A stretch of DNA of 61,753 nucleotides, the filler included, from Nemertoderma westbladi (taxonomy: Eukaryota > Animalia > Xenacoelomorpha): assembly GCA_032718475.1 (NCBI GenBank). It is 2 parts of 2 records of this genome, joined end to end, with 100 filler letters (N's around TTAATTAATTAA, not from the genome) between each part and the next. Parts side by side here need not be neighbours in the genome. Positions count along the whole stretch, not along the records: positions 31,562 to 61,753 come from JAUCBJ010009112.1; 1 more part is not named here. One strand, written 5' to 3'. Positions 33,078 through 47,545 of this stretch are shown here, one piece after another (position 1 is the first letter of the stretch; each line of letters starts with the position of its first letter). A program made the position numbers and the translations under genes. Below the pieces are notes generated by a model. It was not told where the DNA came from and did not search any database. It saw only the letters and a program-made list of their open reading frames with translations.

Positions 33078-36000
33078 GACTATGTATACCGTGGAATGTC
33101 TACTGCTGTATTACAGTCTGAGTAAGTCTAGTAACTCAGTATTAACTACTAGCCTAGTAATTAATTACCGGTACTGCTACTCAGTGTAGCGTGATATATA
33201 ATATATTAGAATACCGGTATGCTTATAGTATATATAAGTATTATTACAGACTAGGTTTATCTCAGAATACCGGTATAATTTTAGCACAAATATATATAAA
33301 TATATAATAGGCCTATCGGGAATACCGGTATACAGCTTACAGTTTGTAGTATATATAATTCTGGACTAGAATTAATTACAAGTACCGGTATAATTTCAGC
33401 CTAAATTTATAGAAATAAAGATAATAGGCCTATTGTAAATACCGGTATATCAATTACTTTAAATAATTGAATTTCTGAATTTTAGGGTTACTTGGTTACT
33501 TTAACTTACTTTATTACTGTTATTTAAGCAGTAGTCCAACTGATATTGAGACCTAATTGATTGTTGTATGGCAGGCCTACTATTTATAAATCGTTAGATT
33601 TGATTTATAATATATATATATACCCGTTTTAATGGGTTTTGTCAATATTTGAAATAAATGTTATTATTTCTGGGGAGTAATCACTACACAAAGCAGTGCG
33701 CTTTCAGTGAAGTGTTACTTATAGGACACTAAAACAAATAATTCTAATTTACCTAAGTTACTTAATACTACAAATTACGTACGATTCGGGTTGAGATTAC
33801 AATCTCTAAATAAACACAAAAATTTACAAAAACACAAAATACTAATTTTTAGGGTATTTTTACAAGAAGTCTACAAACCAGTCTAACAAAGGGTTAGAAT
33901 CTGGTTATTACAACGGACAGGGTACTACGGTATTTGAAATAATAAGTAGTAGTAAGTACACTGCGTTGTCCAGATAGGAAAATACCACCGCCTGACGACC
34001 TATAGCCGTATCGCTATAGGTTCTACGTTATGTATCACGGAGTGTTCCTACCTAGAAGTTAATAGAGCTAATCGAACGTGCCTATCAACCACTTTACAAC
34101 ACAAATATAATGCCTACACTAATTACTTTCGGAAAGCACTGTACACTAAACCCTAAATTAGGTACGAGTACTTGTACAACAGATAATCAGTAGTTAAATA
34201 TACTTGAACAGCTAAAAGAACCACGGCATCTGCTGGAGTGACCGATGCACAAAATCACCAGTCTTTACCTACGCCAAACAGCCCGTGTAGTACCGGGGTT
34301 AATTTAACTATAACGGTATGTATAACAAACACAATTACTGTAGGAACAAACTTGGGGAATGAATGTTGCGGATAATCGCATAAACTCTGAATAATAAATA
34401 TTACGCTACGCGTACAAACTACTCAAACAAAATGCAGACCGAACACTGACAGACTACTATCAAGCCTAAACAAACTACAGGACATGCAGACTCCGAAATG
34501 ATTAGGGAGTATGCGCTCTAACCCAGTAGTGCGACTTATTCTTTAGTTGGGGGTTTACCTTACAGCGTTCGCTGCCCCTACTTCCTAACCGTACTTAATC
34601 AGACAAATGATCTACACACACTGCAATCCGTTCAGACCTAATAACAGCCGGACAACTATCCAGCCTACAAATTATCTAAATAAAATTATACGCTACCCGT
34701 ACAGACTTACACAAACAAAGTACAGACTAAACGATGGCAGACTACTCTCAAGCCTAAATAAACTACAGGACATGCAGACTCCGAAATGATTAGGGAGTAT
34801 GCGCTCTAACCCAGTAGTGCGACTTATTCTTTAGTTGGGGGTTTACCTTACAGCGTTCGCTGCCCCTACTTCCTAACCGTACTTAATCGGACAGGTGATC
34901 TACACACACTGCAATCCGTTCAGACTTAACAGCAATCAGACAACAGCTCAGCCTACAAATCGTCTGTACAATCTGATCAGGTTTACACGCCTTCTGTTCA
35001 ATACTGGCCTACAAACAAATAAAACTGACAGAAATAGGCCTAAGTAAAAATCCCAATAAAAACCAGGCGTCCCCGATTAATTATTAAGACCTACCGGCAT
35101 ATATAATCAAATCGAATAATACTGCTGTACTTATACGGAAGTACCGGTTAGGACAGTTAGGCCTACGGACCTACAGATGGACCGTTCAGGTTTACCGGTT
35201 GACCGGTACTTTCAACTTTATTGCTTACCGCAATAAAGAAGCTATATCCTTTAATGTTCTCGCTTTCAGACCTTTGGCAGTTTAACCCACCAAATTAAGA
35301 TGTCTTCTAGATATTAAATCGGTTTTTAGTCTATGACAAGTATTTGATTCACTACACTAGTCGAAACCAATCTGTGCGCGATCATTCACCCGCTGGATAT
35401 TCCCGGGAGATTGGGTTCGACGGTTTAATTTTATTGCTATGTAAGCCTAATGTATTATTCGACTGACAGTATTATATAATCTCTGACAATATTATTCACC
35501 TTCGGGAATATTAACAGTTCCTTTAGGACGTGGCGCTTTATCTATATAAACAGAGTTATGACTTAAACTACTCACAACGATATGGCTCAATTATAATTCA
35601 CATATATGGCGCATTCTTTAGGAATTGCTTCTTTAACAGACTCACTCATACACAATGCTGCACAATACTGCACACTAATCTGCCAACCTTCATTGATTTT
35701 AGTCACATATAAAAGGAACACAGACTGACTCATGTAGGGTCTATCAAATAACATTAGATTCACTTCAAACCACTTTAACATAAGTCACAATCGTTTATCT
35801 GTAACCCTTCTCTCTTACCTTCGGTATATCAAGAATATTGGGTTTCGGGGTTATTTATCGTTATTCCAAATATAATAATTCATCAACCATATTATGAAGA
35901 ACTGACAGTAAATAGCAGTATAAAACAACAACTGAACACTGATTGTTATGAGTTTGCAATGTTTCAGCAGTCAGTATGTATGATCAGTTAGCAGTTAAAG

Positions 36001-36436
36001 GATATATGTCCTTATAATTAAACCTACTAGTGTAAGACTAAAAACTGAAACACGGAGGTGCCAAAAGCCGGTTCTTAGGCTCTGGGCAAAAACATAACAC
36101 TGAACTACTGAGTTTCTGTATATACCTCCAACACAGAGACAACAAACGCTCTGATTGGTCAACCTGAACAACGAGAGAACAAAGAAACAAAGAAACGTCG
36201 ACGTGGCAATATCAGCTGCTAGCCGTCGTCATGGTAGCGACACTGTTTTCAAGAGTATCGAGCTTTTACGTCACGGAATTACGGAGTATGTCCTCTAAAG
36301 TACAAATACAGAAGAAATAGCTTTTATGTCCGCTAAAACACCAGTACAGCAAGGACACGGCCTTTTTATGCCTGGTAAACCAACTACAGAGTATTTTAAG
36401 GGAAAATAACCGACTAATTACGCAAAAGCTTTTACA
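31562..36436 (-). mobile_element. BEL/Pao LTR retrotransposon copy A (5' LTR 35301-36436, PBS ~35278-35292, leader, start of gag; truncated by gap)
   Basis: Reverse-complement match to copy B at 54622 onward. The LTR runs TGTAAAAGC...AGAAGACA and is followed by TGGTGGGTTAAACTG. Confidence 0.88.
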
Positions 36437-38925
36437 ATGCCCTCGAAGACCACTACGCGGTGGTCTTGTAAAATATTTATCTACATCTAGATCAACTAGG
36501 TTTCTGTCAATACTGTAGGTTAACTTTAAATCAAATATGATACGACGTAGTTCCAGCGGTTGTAAGAACAGAAAATCTAAACGGTTTGTATAACAAGTAT
36601 AGGGAATATTGCACCTTGCATATAAGCGCCTAGTAAAGTAATGCTGTACGCTCTCGACAAGATTGATACTGCTTTTTTTATATGGAGACCATACTGAAGT
36701 ACAATACTCAAGTAATGGGTGGACCATACTTTTGTATGCCATAAGGAGAGCTTTAATGTTTTTCGTTTGAATACACCGAAACAGAATGTTGACAATTTTA
36801 CATGCTTTGGCTACTTGGTCGCTGCAGTACCGATCGAATGAGAGATCTGACATTACTGTTAAGCCTAAATCTTTACAAAATAAACTTTCACTGAGGACGC
36901 TATCATTTAAGTAGTACACATGTTTGCAATTGTTTTTACCCACATAAACTACAGTACATTTGTGTGCTGCAATCGACAGCTGCCATGTACTGGCCCATGT
37001 CTCCAGTTTATTAAGTGCATTGGATAGCAAATGGCACTGCGAACTGTCAGCATACATTTTAACATCATCAGCGAAAAGTTTGACAGTTATTGGCAAGAGC
37101 TGTTCAGGTAGGTCGTTTATGAACATTAGGAACAAAAGTGGTCCCAGCACACTCCCTTGTATTGTACCGGAGGTAACTGGTGCAAAATCTGAGCAATATT
37201 TACCGACAACAACACGCTGTGTCCTATTTGACAGAAGGGCTGAAAGCCACAATAACAAGTCATCAGCTATGCCATAAGCTCTCAGTTTAATTAATAATTT
37301 GCTGTGCACAACGGAATCAAAGGCTTTGGCGAAATCGATATAAATTATATCGATATTTTGCCTATTATCAACCATATTATACCAATCTGTAACACACTCC
37401 AATAATTGTGTATTGGTAGACCTACGGCACAAGAAACCATGTTGTGCCTTATTGATCAATTTATTCAATAGCAAATAGGATAATAAATCATTTTTGACAC
37501 ACATTTCCATAATTTTGCATGCGATGCAAGTTAATGATATTGGTCTATAGTTAAAGGGGTCGCAAGGATCACCCTTTTTAAAGATAGGAATAATGGTAGC
37601 AGTAAGCCAAATAGATGGAAGTGTGTGTGTCTCAAAAGAGAGTTTAAATATAACAGATAATGGTTTAGCCAAGCACACTGATAAACGATGAAATAAGATA
37701 CTCGGTAGGTTGTCAGGGGTCCCACTTTTCTTATTGGGCAACTTATTCAAAAAAGTTAACACATTTACCGGGCTAAAATTTATAGTCGACAAATTAATAC
37801 TACTATGCACTTTACTGGGTATATTGATGCTTACATTGTTATCAACTGTAAAATTTTGGGTTAGCACCTCGTTAAATATACGGGCCTTTGTCGCATCATC
37901 CACTACCGTATCACCTTTGAATTTTAAAGGGCCAATACCCAAGGTGGATTTTCTCTTTGAATTTATATATTTATAAATTAAAGCAGGGTTACCCGAGTTT
38001 AGGATTTCAGTCTCTTTGATGCAGGTAGCGCGGTGAGCTGCAGAGGCTGCAGCCTTTGCCACACGATAATATTCTTGTCGCCCATTCTCTCTATGTCGTT
38101 TCCTCCACAGTAATTTCTTCGCCCTCTGAAGGCGTCTAACAAAAAGCGGGTAATACTTTTTGCGTTGTTTAAAAGGTTTGAAAGGGACAAATTTGTCTAT
38201 GCCTTCCTTAAGTACTGAGGAAAAAGTCTCATAAAAATCGTCTACCGTAACACAACTTTCATACCTGGTAATAATATTACTATTCTTAATGTAAGCACTG
38301 AAAGCAGTATAGTCGCCATTATTAAAATCATAAAAACCTGTATACGAGGTTGAATTATCATTAATATGAAGGGATGGTGCTAAAATATTAAAACTAACAC
38401 TGTCATGGTCACTGGTTGAGAAGGGTACGTTAGTATTAACACTAGAAACAAACTGATTATCCGATGTGAACACTAAATCCAGCACATTTGGGCCCCTAGT
38501 TGGTTTAAATTGCAATTGAGTTAAGCTATTATGCAAGATAAAAGTGGCAAACTGGTTGTAGCAAGCATTGTCTGGATACACAAATTCAGACCAATTAAAA
38601 AGTGGATAATTAAAGTCCCCAATTAAAACACAAGGGAGTGATGTATTGCACAAAAAAGCCAGCGATTCCAATAAAATCGCTGTGTTATCAACTACGTCCG
38701 GTCTGGGAGGTGGTCTATAGCCACATATGATTCTAGATTTATTAGAACCTAATAAGTCAATTCCTATTACCTCAGCATCACTAAGATGGTTTGGTAAAGT
38801 CACTCTACAGCATTTAATGCTTTTTTTTAAAAGGATAGCTACCCCACCGCCCAGATCCAGATGGAATCTATCGTGTCTCATAGATGCATAATCAGTACCA
38901 CCCACTAGCATAGCATCAGTCACCT
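36437..38925 (-). mobile_element. CR1-group LINE ORF2 (partial APE endonuclease + RT), 5'-truncated, 3' end cut by the BEL LTR
   Basis: GGGVAI, YRPP, IGDFN, LDLVFT, SDH; PIFKKG, YRPISLT, YIDFAKAFDSV, QGSVLGPLLF, LFADDVK, KDLG, LEYCTSVWSP, LRGH. Confidence 0.92.
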
Positions 38926-40165
38926 GGTTGACACTCGTTAATTAGAGTCGCATCATCATCATCAGGACTTCCATTACTGTTTGGATCGACAGTGGAAGAT
39001 GATTGGTATAGTTTAAGGTTTGCTGCATGAACCTGTCGTTGTTTTCCATTAATCAATATCACATAATCTGGACAACGGACATCGACAACTATAAAGGGTC
39101 CTTCATACATAGACATTAATTTCCGACAAACCCCTGTTTGAGACCAAAACTTTCGAAGCATAACTTGATCACCTATTTGGTAACCAGGTTTAGACTGTTC
39201 ACAGATTCGATTGTCTTTATCACTAATAATTCGCTCCAAGGCTTCTTTCTGCCATCTATGAGATTTAGACTGTATCTTGAGAAAATTTCCCATGAAGGTC
39301 TCCTCATATGGTTCATCTTCAATTAATTCTTTCTCATGTGCGAGACGAGGTAAACGTCCATACACAAGTTGGAATGGCATAAATCCTGTGACAACATGAC
39401 GTGTTGTTCAATATGTATAAGTGATTGTTGGTAGATAGTTATCCCAATCATCAGGTCACTCAATAAGTAAGGCACACAACATTCCTGCAATAGTTGAGTT
39501 TAAACGTTCACACTGGCCATTTGTCTGTGGATGATATGGTGTTGTTCTCAATTTCTGAATTTTTAACATGGTTGTGAGTTCTTTGAATAATTTACTCTGA
39601 AAATTAGATCCTTGATCTGTCAATATCTCATCAGGAACTGCAAAGCGACATACAAAATCCAACACACAGTTTGCTACTACACTTGCTTGTTGATTAGGTA
39701 ATGGGTATAATTCAACCCATTTTGTAAATAGGTCAGTCACAACCAGAATAACTGAATTATTTCGTATAGTACGTGTCAAGGGACCTAGAATGTCAATAGC
39801 CCACTGTCGAAATGGTTCTCCAATAACTCTCACATTACTATGACCTGCGGTCATTCCTTGATGACTAAGTTTTGCCTTAGCACAAGGGATACACCTGGAA
39901 ACATACGCTTTCACAGAATTGTGCCACCCAGGCCACCAATATGTGTCTCGTAATCGTGATGATGTCCTTTTCTGCCCACAATGTCCAGAATGACATTTCT
40001 CGATAATGGAATCACGCAGAGATTCGGGGACAACCTCCTTGTTCTGATAGAGTAGTCGGCCATCCAAAACCGAAAGATTATCTCTCATAGCCAAAAAACG
40101 GGTCTGTTCAAAGTTCATTGGGAAGAGTTCATCACTACTCCTCAACATCTGTATACACCATTGGA
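38926..40165 (-). mobile_element. Gypsy/Ty3 integrase fragment (degenerate)
   Basis: HHCC zinc finger (CHSGHCG...CIPC), catalytic WAIDILGP / TDQGSNF / GQCERLN, then PFQLVYGR and GPF..V. In-frame stops around 39410-39460. Confidence 0.9.
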
Positions 40166-40301
40166 TATTAGAATCTAATTCTAATAATTATATTCTAATT
40201 CTATTCTTATTCTAATTCTAATAGTTAATAATTCTAATTTCCGAGACATTTGGGAAAAACTACGCGAGTTAAATTGTAGTAAGAGGATTCCTTTAATTGC
40301 T

Positions 40302-41261
40302 GTGTCGGCAATTGATGCGTTGTCCCTTCCACGTTTTCCGGGTTCCGGTGGTGGACTCAGTACCGGTACCGGAACTGGTGGTAACAACCATGGGTCGAGT
40401 GTTTCGGACACCGATTTTACATCGCGTCTAATCAGCTTGGATAGGAAGATGGATGAAAATCACAAGTCCATCGTAGAGAAACTTAAGAATAATAATGATA
40501 AAATTAAATTAATTGAATCCCTGCTGCCACCACAATCGTCACCTGACCCCGTAGCTCCGCCAGGAGTTCAGCGGTTATCGTATAGCGCAGTGGTGAATGG
40601 TTCTCCGTTGCGTCCGCGCATCACGGTTCCGCGCCGGGGACCGACTACTGCCCACCAGCAATCACCACTTGCTGGTGTTCGTGGAGCAAATGGTGGTACC
40701 GATACTGGTTTCCCGAGTGCTGGCTTCCACGTTGGTGCGACAGGTTCTGGAGCTTCGCGTATACCGGGGAGTTTGAAACGCCCCCGCCTCAACTCCGCTG
40801 ATAATTCCGATATAAATCCTAGGGATGATCCGAATAACCCATGAATGAAAGTCAGGCCTCGTAGGCGGGCTTGTATGGAAGGAACTAAGAGCCCTACCGG
40901 CACTGGGAGCAGTGGGGGGCTGCGGTTGCGTGCTGCTGTGGGCCCCCCTCCGGAGATTTATGTATGTAGATTGGACAACGAGATTACGGCGAAGGATCTA
41001 TCAGAGGATCTTATGTCTCTTGGAGTCACAGTGGAAGAAGGTGCAATTGCTAAGGTGTCTCCACCCAGTTCTTGGTCGTCCAGTTTCAGGATTAAGGTCA
41101 GTAAGTCTGATTTGGATAAGGTTATGGAACCTTCGTTCTGGCCGAGAGGAGTATTCGTCCGAAAGTGGAGTAACTATTCCAAAGGTCATATAAATCAGTG
41201 GAAGGGTACCGGTAATAATGTTGAAAGGACCTTAAACATGTATCCTTGTATTGATATATAA
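40302..41261 (+). pseudogene. LINE ORF1 with one in-frame TGA (40842-40844)
   Basis: The two listed ORFs are in the same frame (NNP*MKV, probably TGG>TGA). There is an N-terminal coiled coil and a C-terminal IYVCRL...SFRIKV...FWPRGVFVRKW block typical of LINE ORF1. Confidence 0.75.
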
Positions 41262-41358
41262 TGCATACTTAATATTTCTGTATATATATTTTTCATTTTC
41301 TTATTTTTTTTTTTCTTAACCAGTTTAATACTTCTTGTTTAATAATAACTAACTAACA

Positions 41359-44232
41359 ATGGCTACCCAAACCAACTCATCCACTTTACATCGCACTATA
41401 TCTATGGTATCGTATAATAGCACAGGTTTTGGAGCTGATAAAGTTGATTTTATAAAGTGTTTATTGCCTGGTGCAGATATTGTCTGCTTGCAGGAGCATT
41501 TTAAACTGAAGCAAAATTTAGGTTATATTAGTAAAGAATTTCCTAGTTTTCGTTGTTTTCATGTTCCTGCGCAATATAGTAATGATTCACAATCAGGGCG
41601 TCCATCAGGTGGTCTGAGTATGCTAATTAATCCTGCCTTGGCTAGTTTCGCTTCCAAATGTGAATCAAATAACTCACGATTGCAAGGTGTAAAGTTCACT
41701 TTACCGGATAAATCGTTTGTAGTTCTTAATGTTTATTTCCCAGTAGATAGACCGTCTAACAGTGTATCTGATGATTTTCTAATATTAATTAATGATTTAT
41801 GTAATCTAATTTCTACAGTGAACACACCAAACATAATTATAGCTGGTGATTTTAATTCTGACTTTATAAGGAATACTGCACATGTTAATTTGGTGTCATC
41901 ATTTGTTAGGGATAATAATTTAGAATTGTTATGGAATAAATTTCCAATTGATTACTCTTATATGCAAGTAGTAGACAATAATGTGTCCACTAGTATAATT
42001 GACCATTTTATTATGACACATAACTGTTTAAATAATTACGCAGAGGGTGGTGTGGTTCATAATGGTGCAAACATGTCTAACCATAGCCCAGTTTATGCTA
42101 AATTCGCTGTTGAAGATTTTGGGGCCAACCCAGTGGTCAGTAATGGGTCAAGTGGTTGTCCGAGTTACAGTCGTGCAAACGAGGATCAAATAACGAATTT
42201 TAAAAATATTTTAGATAATAATTTACAGGGCTTAAATTTACAATGTGCTGATTGCGATAATCTATTTTGTGTTGACAGTTTACATGTTGGTAATATTGAT
42301 ACTTTTGCGTTTAATATACTAGAAGCTTTAGATATTGCAGTACAATCTCTGCCTAAGCCTGTAATGCATAGTGGCCAATCAGACCACCCCACTTTACCTG
42401 GTTGGAATGAACATGTGCGACCCTATCGCGATGAAGCTATTTTTTGGCATAATGTGTGGGTGTCCACTGGAAGGCCCAATGCGTCTCAGAGCAATTTGTT
42501 TCATGTTAGTAGACGTGCAAATTTACAATATAAATATGCTGTTAGGCGATTAAAAGGTAAAATAGGTCAAATTCGCCAGGATAAGTTTTTGGAATATGTG
42601 CTAAATAATAATGGAGATATTTTCAATGAAATAAGGAAACTAAGAGGTAATTTAACTGGGTTGAGTCATGTTGTTGATGGGGAAACATCGGGAGAAGGTA
42701 TATCGAATAAATTTGCTGCGATATATGCGGATTGGTATAACCAGGGATATACTACGGATTTCAATAATTTAGAGTCTCGGATTAAGAATGGCATTGAAAA
42801 CCTCCCCGTGGGGGAAAGTCAGTGGGTCACTCCAGGTCTCGTTGAGGCAGCTATTGCCAAATTGAAAACTGGTAAATTGGATGTCTCTGGACAGTTAATT
42901 TCGGATTTTATTATAAATGCACCTCTGAAGTTTGCGCAATTACTTTCAGTTCTCTTTAATGCCTGTTTGGTCCACGGGTCAGTTCCTGAATTTATTTTAA
43001 TTACGTCACTAGTTCCGCTGGTGAAGGACAGTTTAGGTGATATCTCCAGGTCATCAAACTACAGAGCGATTGCCATTTCGTCGCTAATTCTGAAGGTCTT
43101 TGAGTGGGTCATGGTTCTCTCGCAACATGATTCCTTACAAGTAGACAAACTCCAATTTGGCTTCCTGAAGGATTCCAGTACGTCGATGTGTACATGGGCC
43201 GCTAGTGAAGTTTTATTCGAGGTTCTCCACTCCTGTTTATGGATGTTTTATGGACTTGTCCAAGGCATTCGATATGGTTGACTGGGTTTAGCTATTCCTA
43301 CAACTGTTAAAAAAAGGTTTCTCGCCATTATTTATTAGAACCCTTTTGTCTATATATAGGGGGCAATCATGTAGGGTGAAGTGGGGAGGTCATGTCTCTA
43401 CAATTTTTGGGATATCGAATGGAGTCAGGCAAGGTTCAGTCGCCAGTCCTGTCCTCTTCTGCGTTATACTAAATTCGCTAGTACAGAAACTTCGAGACTC
43501 ACAGGTGGGGTGTCATATTGGTTCTAGATGCTTCAGTATTTTTATATATGCTGATGATATCTTATTATTGTGCCCTTCTATAATTAGTTTACAGTTCATG
43601 GTTCATTTATGCACAGTTTTTGCGAAGGAATATAATATGAAGTTTAGTACTAATACTGATCCAAATAAAAGTAAAACTAAATGCATTCCTTTTGGGTTTA
43701 ATTGGAAGCCTCCAATGGCTAATATTTCGTTAAATAATGCAGATTTACCTTGGGTGCAACAGATTCAACATTTGGGCAACACTTTTCATTATGCTGGTTT
43801 GTTTTCGTGTGATATTTTAATAAAAAGGGGTCAATTTATCAGTAGAAGTTACCATTTAACACACACAGATTCATTGTTGAAAATATTGTGCCATTCCTAT
43901 ATCCAAAATCTATGGTTGTTAGTAGATATTTGAAATTTACCGAAAATTTAAAATCAAATGCTATGAAACCTTCATTACAATTTTTGGCCGAGTTGTGCTT
44001 ATCTGATTGCAGAACTATATCTGGTGCTAATTTAAGGCGTATACAGCTTGAATGTCGTCCCCTTAGAAACAGTAAATTGTGTAACAATATTATTTGGTTT
44101 CCTGATTCACGGGCTATATCTTACAGTAGCATTTGTAGAGACATTACAGATTGTCAATACAATTATAAGGAGGTTCCTGGATTCTCTATGAATGAGTTAA
44201 ATACTATACTAAACTTTGTTTGTACGAGTTGA
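41359..44232 (+). pseudogene. LINE ORF2 (APE endonuclease + RT) with frameshifts/deletions
   Basis: SYNSTG, CLQEH, GRPSGG, AGDFN, IDHF, SNHSP; PLVKD, YRAIA, QFGF; a shifted-frame MDLSKAFD, GVRQGS, IYADDILL. Frame breaks near 43215 and 43860. Confidence 0.88.
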
Positions 44233-44417
44233 TTTCGTTTATTTGGTGCTGTCTACAATTCTATGGTACTTACTTAAATAGTTATTCTTCTATGCTGTGT
44301 AAAATTTACTTCATACGTACTTACTTTGTGCTGTGTAAAACTTAATTCATACTTACTTATTCTGTGCTGTGTACAACTTAACTCATATGCACGAAATTAA
44401 TAAATAATAATAATAAT

Positions 44418-47060
44418 ATGGCCCTAGACCCCAAGAAGGGCAAGCTGAGGATGGTGGTCGATGCCTCTGCCAAGACGAAAGGCAAAAGCTTAAACGATTA
44501 CCTACTAGAAGGCCCCAATATTTATAACTCGGGGATAGAGGTTCTGTTAAGGTTTAGAAATGGAAAACACGTCTTCAGTGCGATATAGAGGGCATGTTTA
44601 ACCAAGTGCGGGTGACTGAGGAGGATAGTGATAGCCAACGCTTCCTGTGGTACAATGGCGACGAAGATACCGATGTGCTAGATGGTAGTGCAGAATATGG
44701 GGGCCAAGTCATCCTCATTCACCACGACCACAGCCGTAAGAGACACATTGGAGGGCAAAGAGGGGGAGTATAGCAAGAAGGCAATCGATATGATTGCAGG
44801 CGGTTTCTACGTGGATGATGGAATGGGTTCTGGAAACTCAGTTAAGGAAATCCTCGACACAGGGCGCAAAGTTCATGACATCCTGAAGAAGTCATGATTC
44901 ATCTTGATGAAGTTCCAGTCGAACTCCAAAGAATTCATGGAAGACATAGAGGATAAAAAACTGGAGGTAGAATTGGATAAACCTATGACGGTAAAGGAAC
45001 AAATCATGGCGGACAAAAGGGTAGAATCACAACAGAAGGCACTAGGGATCGTATGGAACCAGGAAACGGATGAGTTGGAATATCAACTGAGTCAGGAGGG
45101 TGCCGGGATTCATTCCAAGCGAGGCTATATGTCATACATAGCGAGGATTTACGATCCACTAGGATTAGCATCCGCATTGTTGGTCACGGGGAAGCAGATA
45201 CTTAAGAAGGTCTACAAGATCAAAGACGACTGGGGTACGGAGGTCCCGACAGAGATAAATAAGCAGTGGTAGAAATGGGCAGGAAGCCTAGAAGATATGG
45301 GAACTTACAGTATGCCACTTGTATACTTCCCGGATAGGGACATGAGTGAGTTAGAACTGCATATGTTCTTTGATGTATCCCTGGAAGCATATGGTACTGT
45401 GCTTTATTTGGTACAACGGAAGGGGACTGACTCATAAGCCCAGGCTTGCGTTCATTAAAGCAAGGTCGATGCCACCAGATTCAGCATCAGTGCCGAAACT
45501 TGAGCTGACGGCTGTGAGACTAGGAGTGAGAGCAACAGCGTACTTGGTGGATACGATACCAAGTATAGTAGAGAGACACTACTGGACAGATTCCATGGTA
45601 GTTTTGGGATGTTTACATAACGAAAAGATGCGTTATCCCACATTCGTAGCGAACCAAGTGGACGAGATAAGGGCAACAATGGACTTGGACAAGTGGCACT
45701 ACTGCCCAACTGACGACAATGCGGTGAACCTGTTATCGAGGGGTGTACTCCGCCATGCTTTCTCAAGAACGCAGGAGTTGTGGCAGCATGGTCCGCACTT
45801 CCTCAACGACAGGTCAAAGTGGCCACCGATGAGAAAAGTAGATCCAAACGGAGAGGAAGTGATAGTAGAGGATGAGGGAAACGAATCAGAGAGGGGAGAA
45901 GTATGTAGTCCGCTAGTGAGAGAGATTATGAAGGCACCACCACGATCTAAGACGATAGAGTAGTGCGATAATCCAACAGATAGGTTGCTCAGCTACAGCT
46001 CTAGTTGGTATAAGACGAAGAAGCTAGTGGCATATCTGAGGGCCTATGGAGAATTCCTTAGGGGGGCTGGTACGGGAAGCAAGGTAAAACCCACCATCAA
46101 TCTGGAAGGAGCGGCTAAAGCCGTGATACGATACAAACAAGGGAAGGGATACGGAGACGAAGTAGACTGGATTAGGAAACAGCAACACCTTCGTCAGGAT
46201 AGCGAGATCAATGCACTGTCACCACAACTGGATGAGGATGGAATCCTGGTTATGAACTCCAGGGTGGTTAATAACACCAGTGCCTTAATTCCACCGAAAC
46301 CAATAATAATCCCTAATAAGTCACCGATAATCCATCAGATCATATGGGACTCCCATAAGTCCATACTACACAGCGGTACCAACCAGACCCTAACCGAGAT
46401 CAGGATGAGATATTGGGTAATACAGCTTAGAAAGATGGTGAAGGCGGTAGTGGGGCAATGCCAGACATGCCGACGGACGAAGAAGGAGAGGGCCATGCAG
46501 AAGATGGCACCATTGCCGACCAACAGGGTGAGGAATCACAACCCACCATTCACACACTGTGGCGTGGACATGTTTGGGCCGATCAAGATCAAAGTGATGC
46601 AGCACACGGAGAAGCATTATGGCAATATCTTCGTTTGCAATAATATGAGGGCCGTGGGGATAGAACTGGCTCCGGGCGCTACGGCGTCAGCATTTATTAA
46701 TGCATTGGTGAGATTCGTGACCCGCAGAGGAGGGACGGTCGAGTATTATAATCCGACAATGGGACTAACTTTGCAGAAAACGAGTTAGCGGAGGCCCTTG
46801 AGGACTGGACAGGCGGAGGACAGTGCTGGCGAAGTGTGAGGGGATCAGCAACAGCCGACCGTTGCATCCCGAGAACGACGATCCAGAATCGCTGGATGTT
46901 CTAACGCCAGCACATCTATTAATGGGGAGCGATGATCAATATGGGAAACATTGACCCAGACGATATAAATTCGCGTCAGAGCTGGAAGGTGGCTAAGGTG
47001 ATAGGTGCAGAGTATTGGAAAAGGTGGATCCAAGTGTACCTTCCAACACTGCAACAAATA
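44418..47060 (+). mobile_element. Degenerate BEL/Pao pol (RT, RNase H/A17 region, integrase, C-terminal DUF5641-like)
   Basis: KLRMVVDASA..SLND.L.EGP, FYVDDG, IARIYDPLG, VPKLEL, YWTDS, HSG..Q...CQTC, CGVDMFGP, YWKRWIQVYLPTLQ. Many stops and frameshifts. Confidence 0.92.
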
Positions 47061-47545
47061 CAACAAATACAGACACCGACACTTGCAACTTAGTGACCCA
47101 CCTTTGCAATGAGACTATAGAGACGGAAGATGATGTCTTAACTACCCCTGACCAAACCAAAACCAACAGCGATAGTGACGCTCCCCTGTCCTCAGACCAA
47201 GACTGTTTCCTTACTAGGTACAGTGAACCCAATATCGTGTCCCCGATGACCGACCAAGAATTGCTTAACACCCAGTTTGAGTTGTGCAATTTGCTACACG
47301 CACCTCCCGACCTGCAGCAAGAACTGAGCGAGCTCGAGGAAGCCAGGCGTCTTCTAAAACTAGAAGAACATACAGTTACTTGGATGCAGCAGGAGATAAT
47401 CGAGCAAAACTCCAATGACAAGGCATTGTCAGTGGAAGAGGAGCGAGCAAAACAGATACAGAGAACCACCACCAGGTTTTTGCTAGAACAAGGCAAATAC
47501 GAAGTGGGGCTTCTCTGGTGGTCCCCCCAACCTCGGGTCTGTTAG
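47061..47545 (+). mobile_element. BEL/Pao pre-RT linker fragment
   Basis: LSVEEERAKQI...TTRF..GKYEVGLLW resembles the S.ED..A...TT....GRYEV.LPW segment that precedes BEL RT. Confidence 0.55.

Larger units (their letters stand above)
40240..44417 (+). mobile_element. Two-ORF non-LTR retrotransposon (APE-RT LINE), near full length but disabled
   Basis: ORF1 40302-41261 and ORF2 41359-44232. The 3' UTR has ~36-bp tandem repeats (~44245-44390) and a (TAA)n tail ending at 44417. The 5' boundary is approximate and the clade is not firmly assigned. Confidence 0.88.

Noticed and set aside
34607-35781. Short ORFs conserved between 34.6-35.8 kb and 55.3-56.5 kb
   Set aside because: The conservation simply reflects the two recent copies of the BEL LTR and leader. 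No recognisable protein features.
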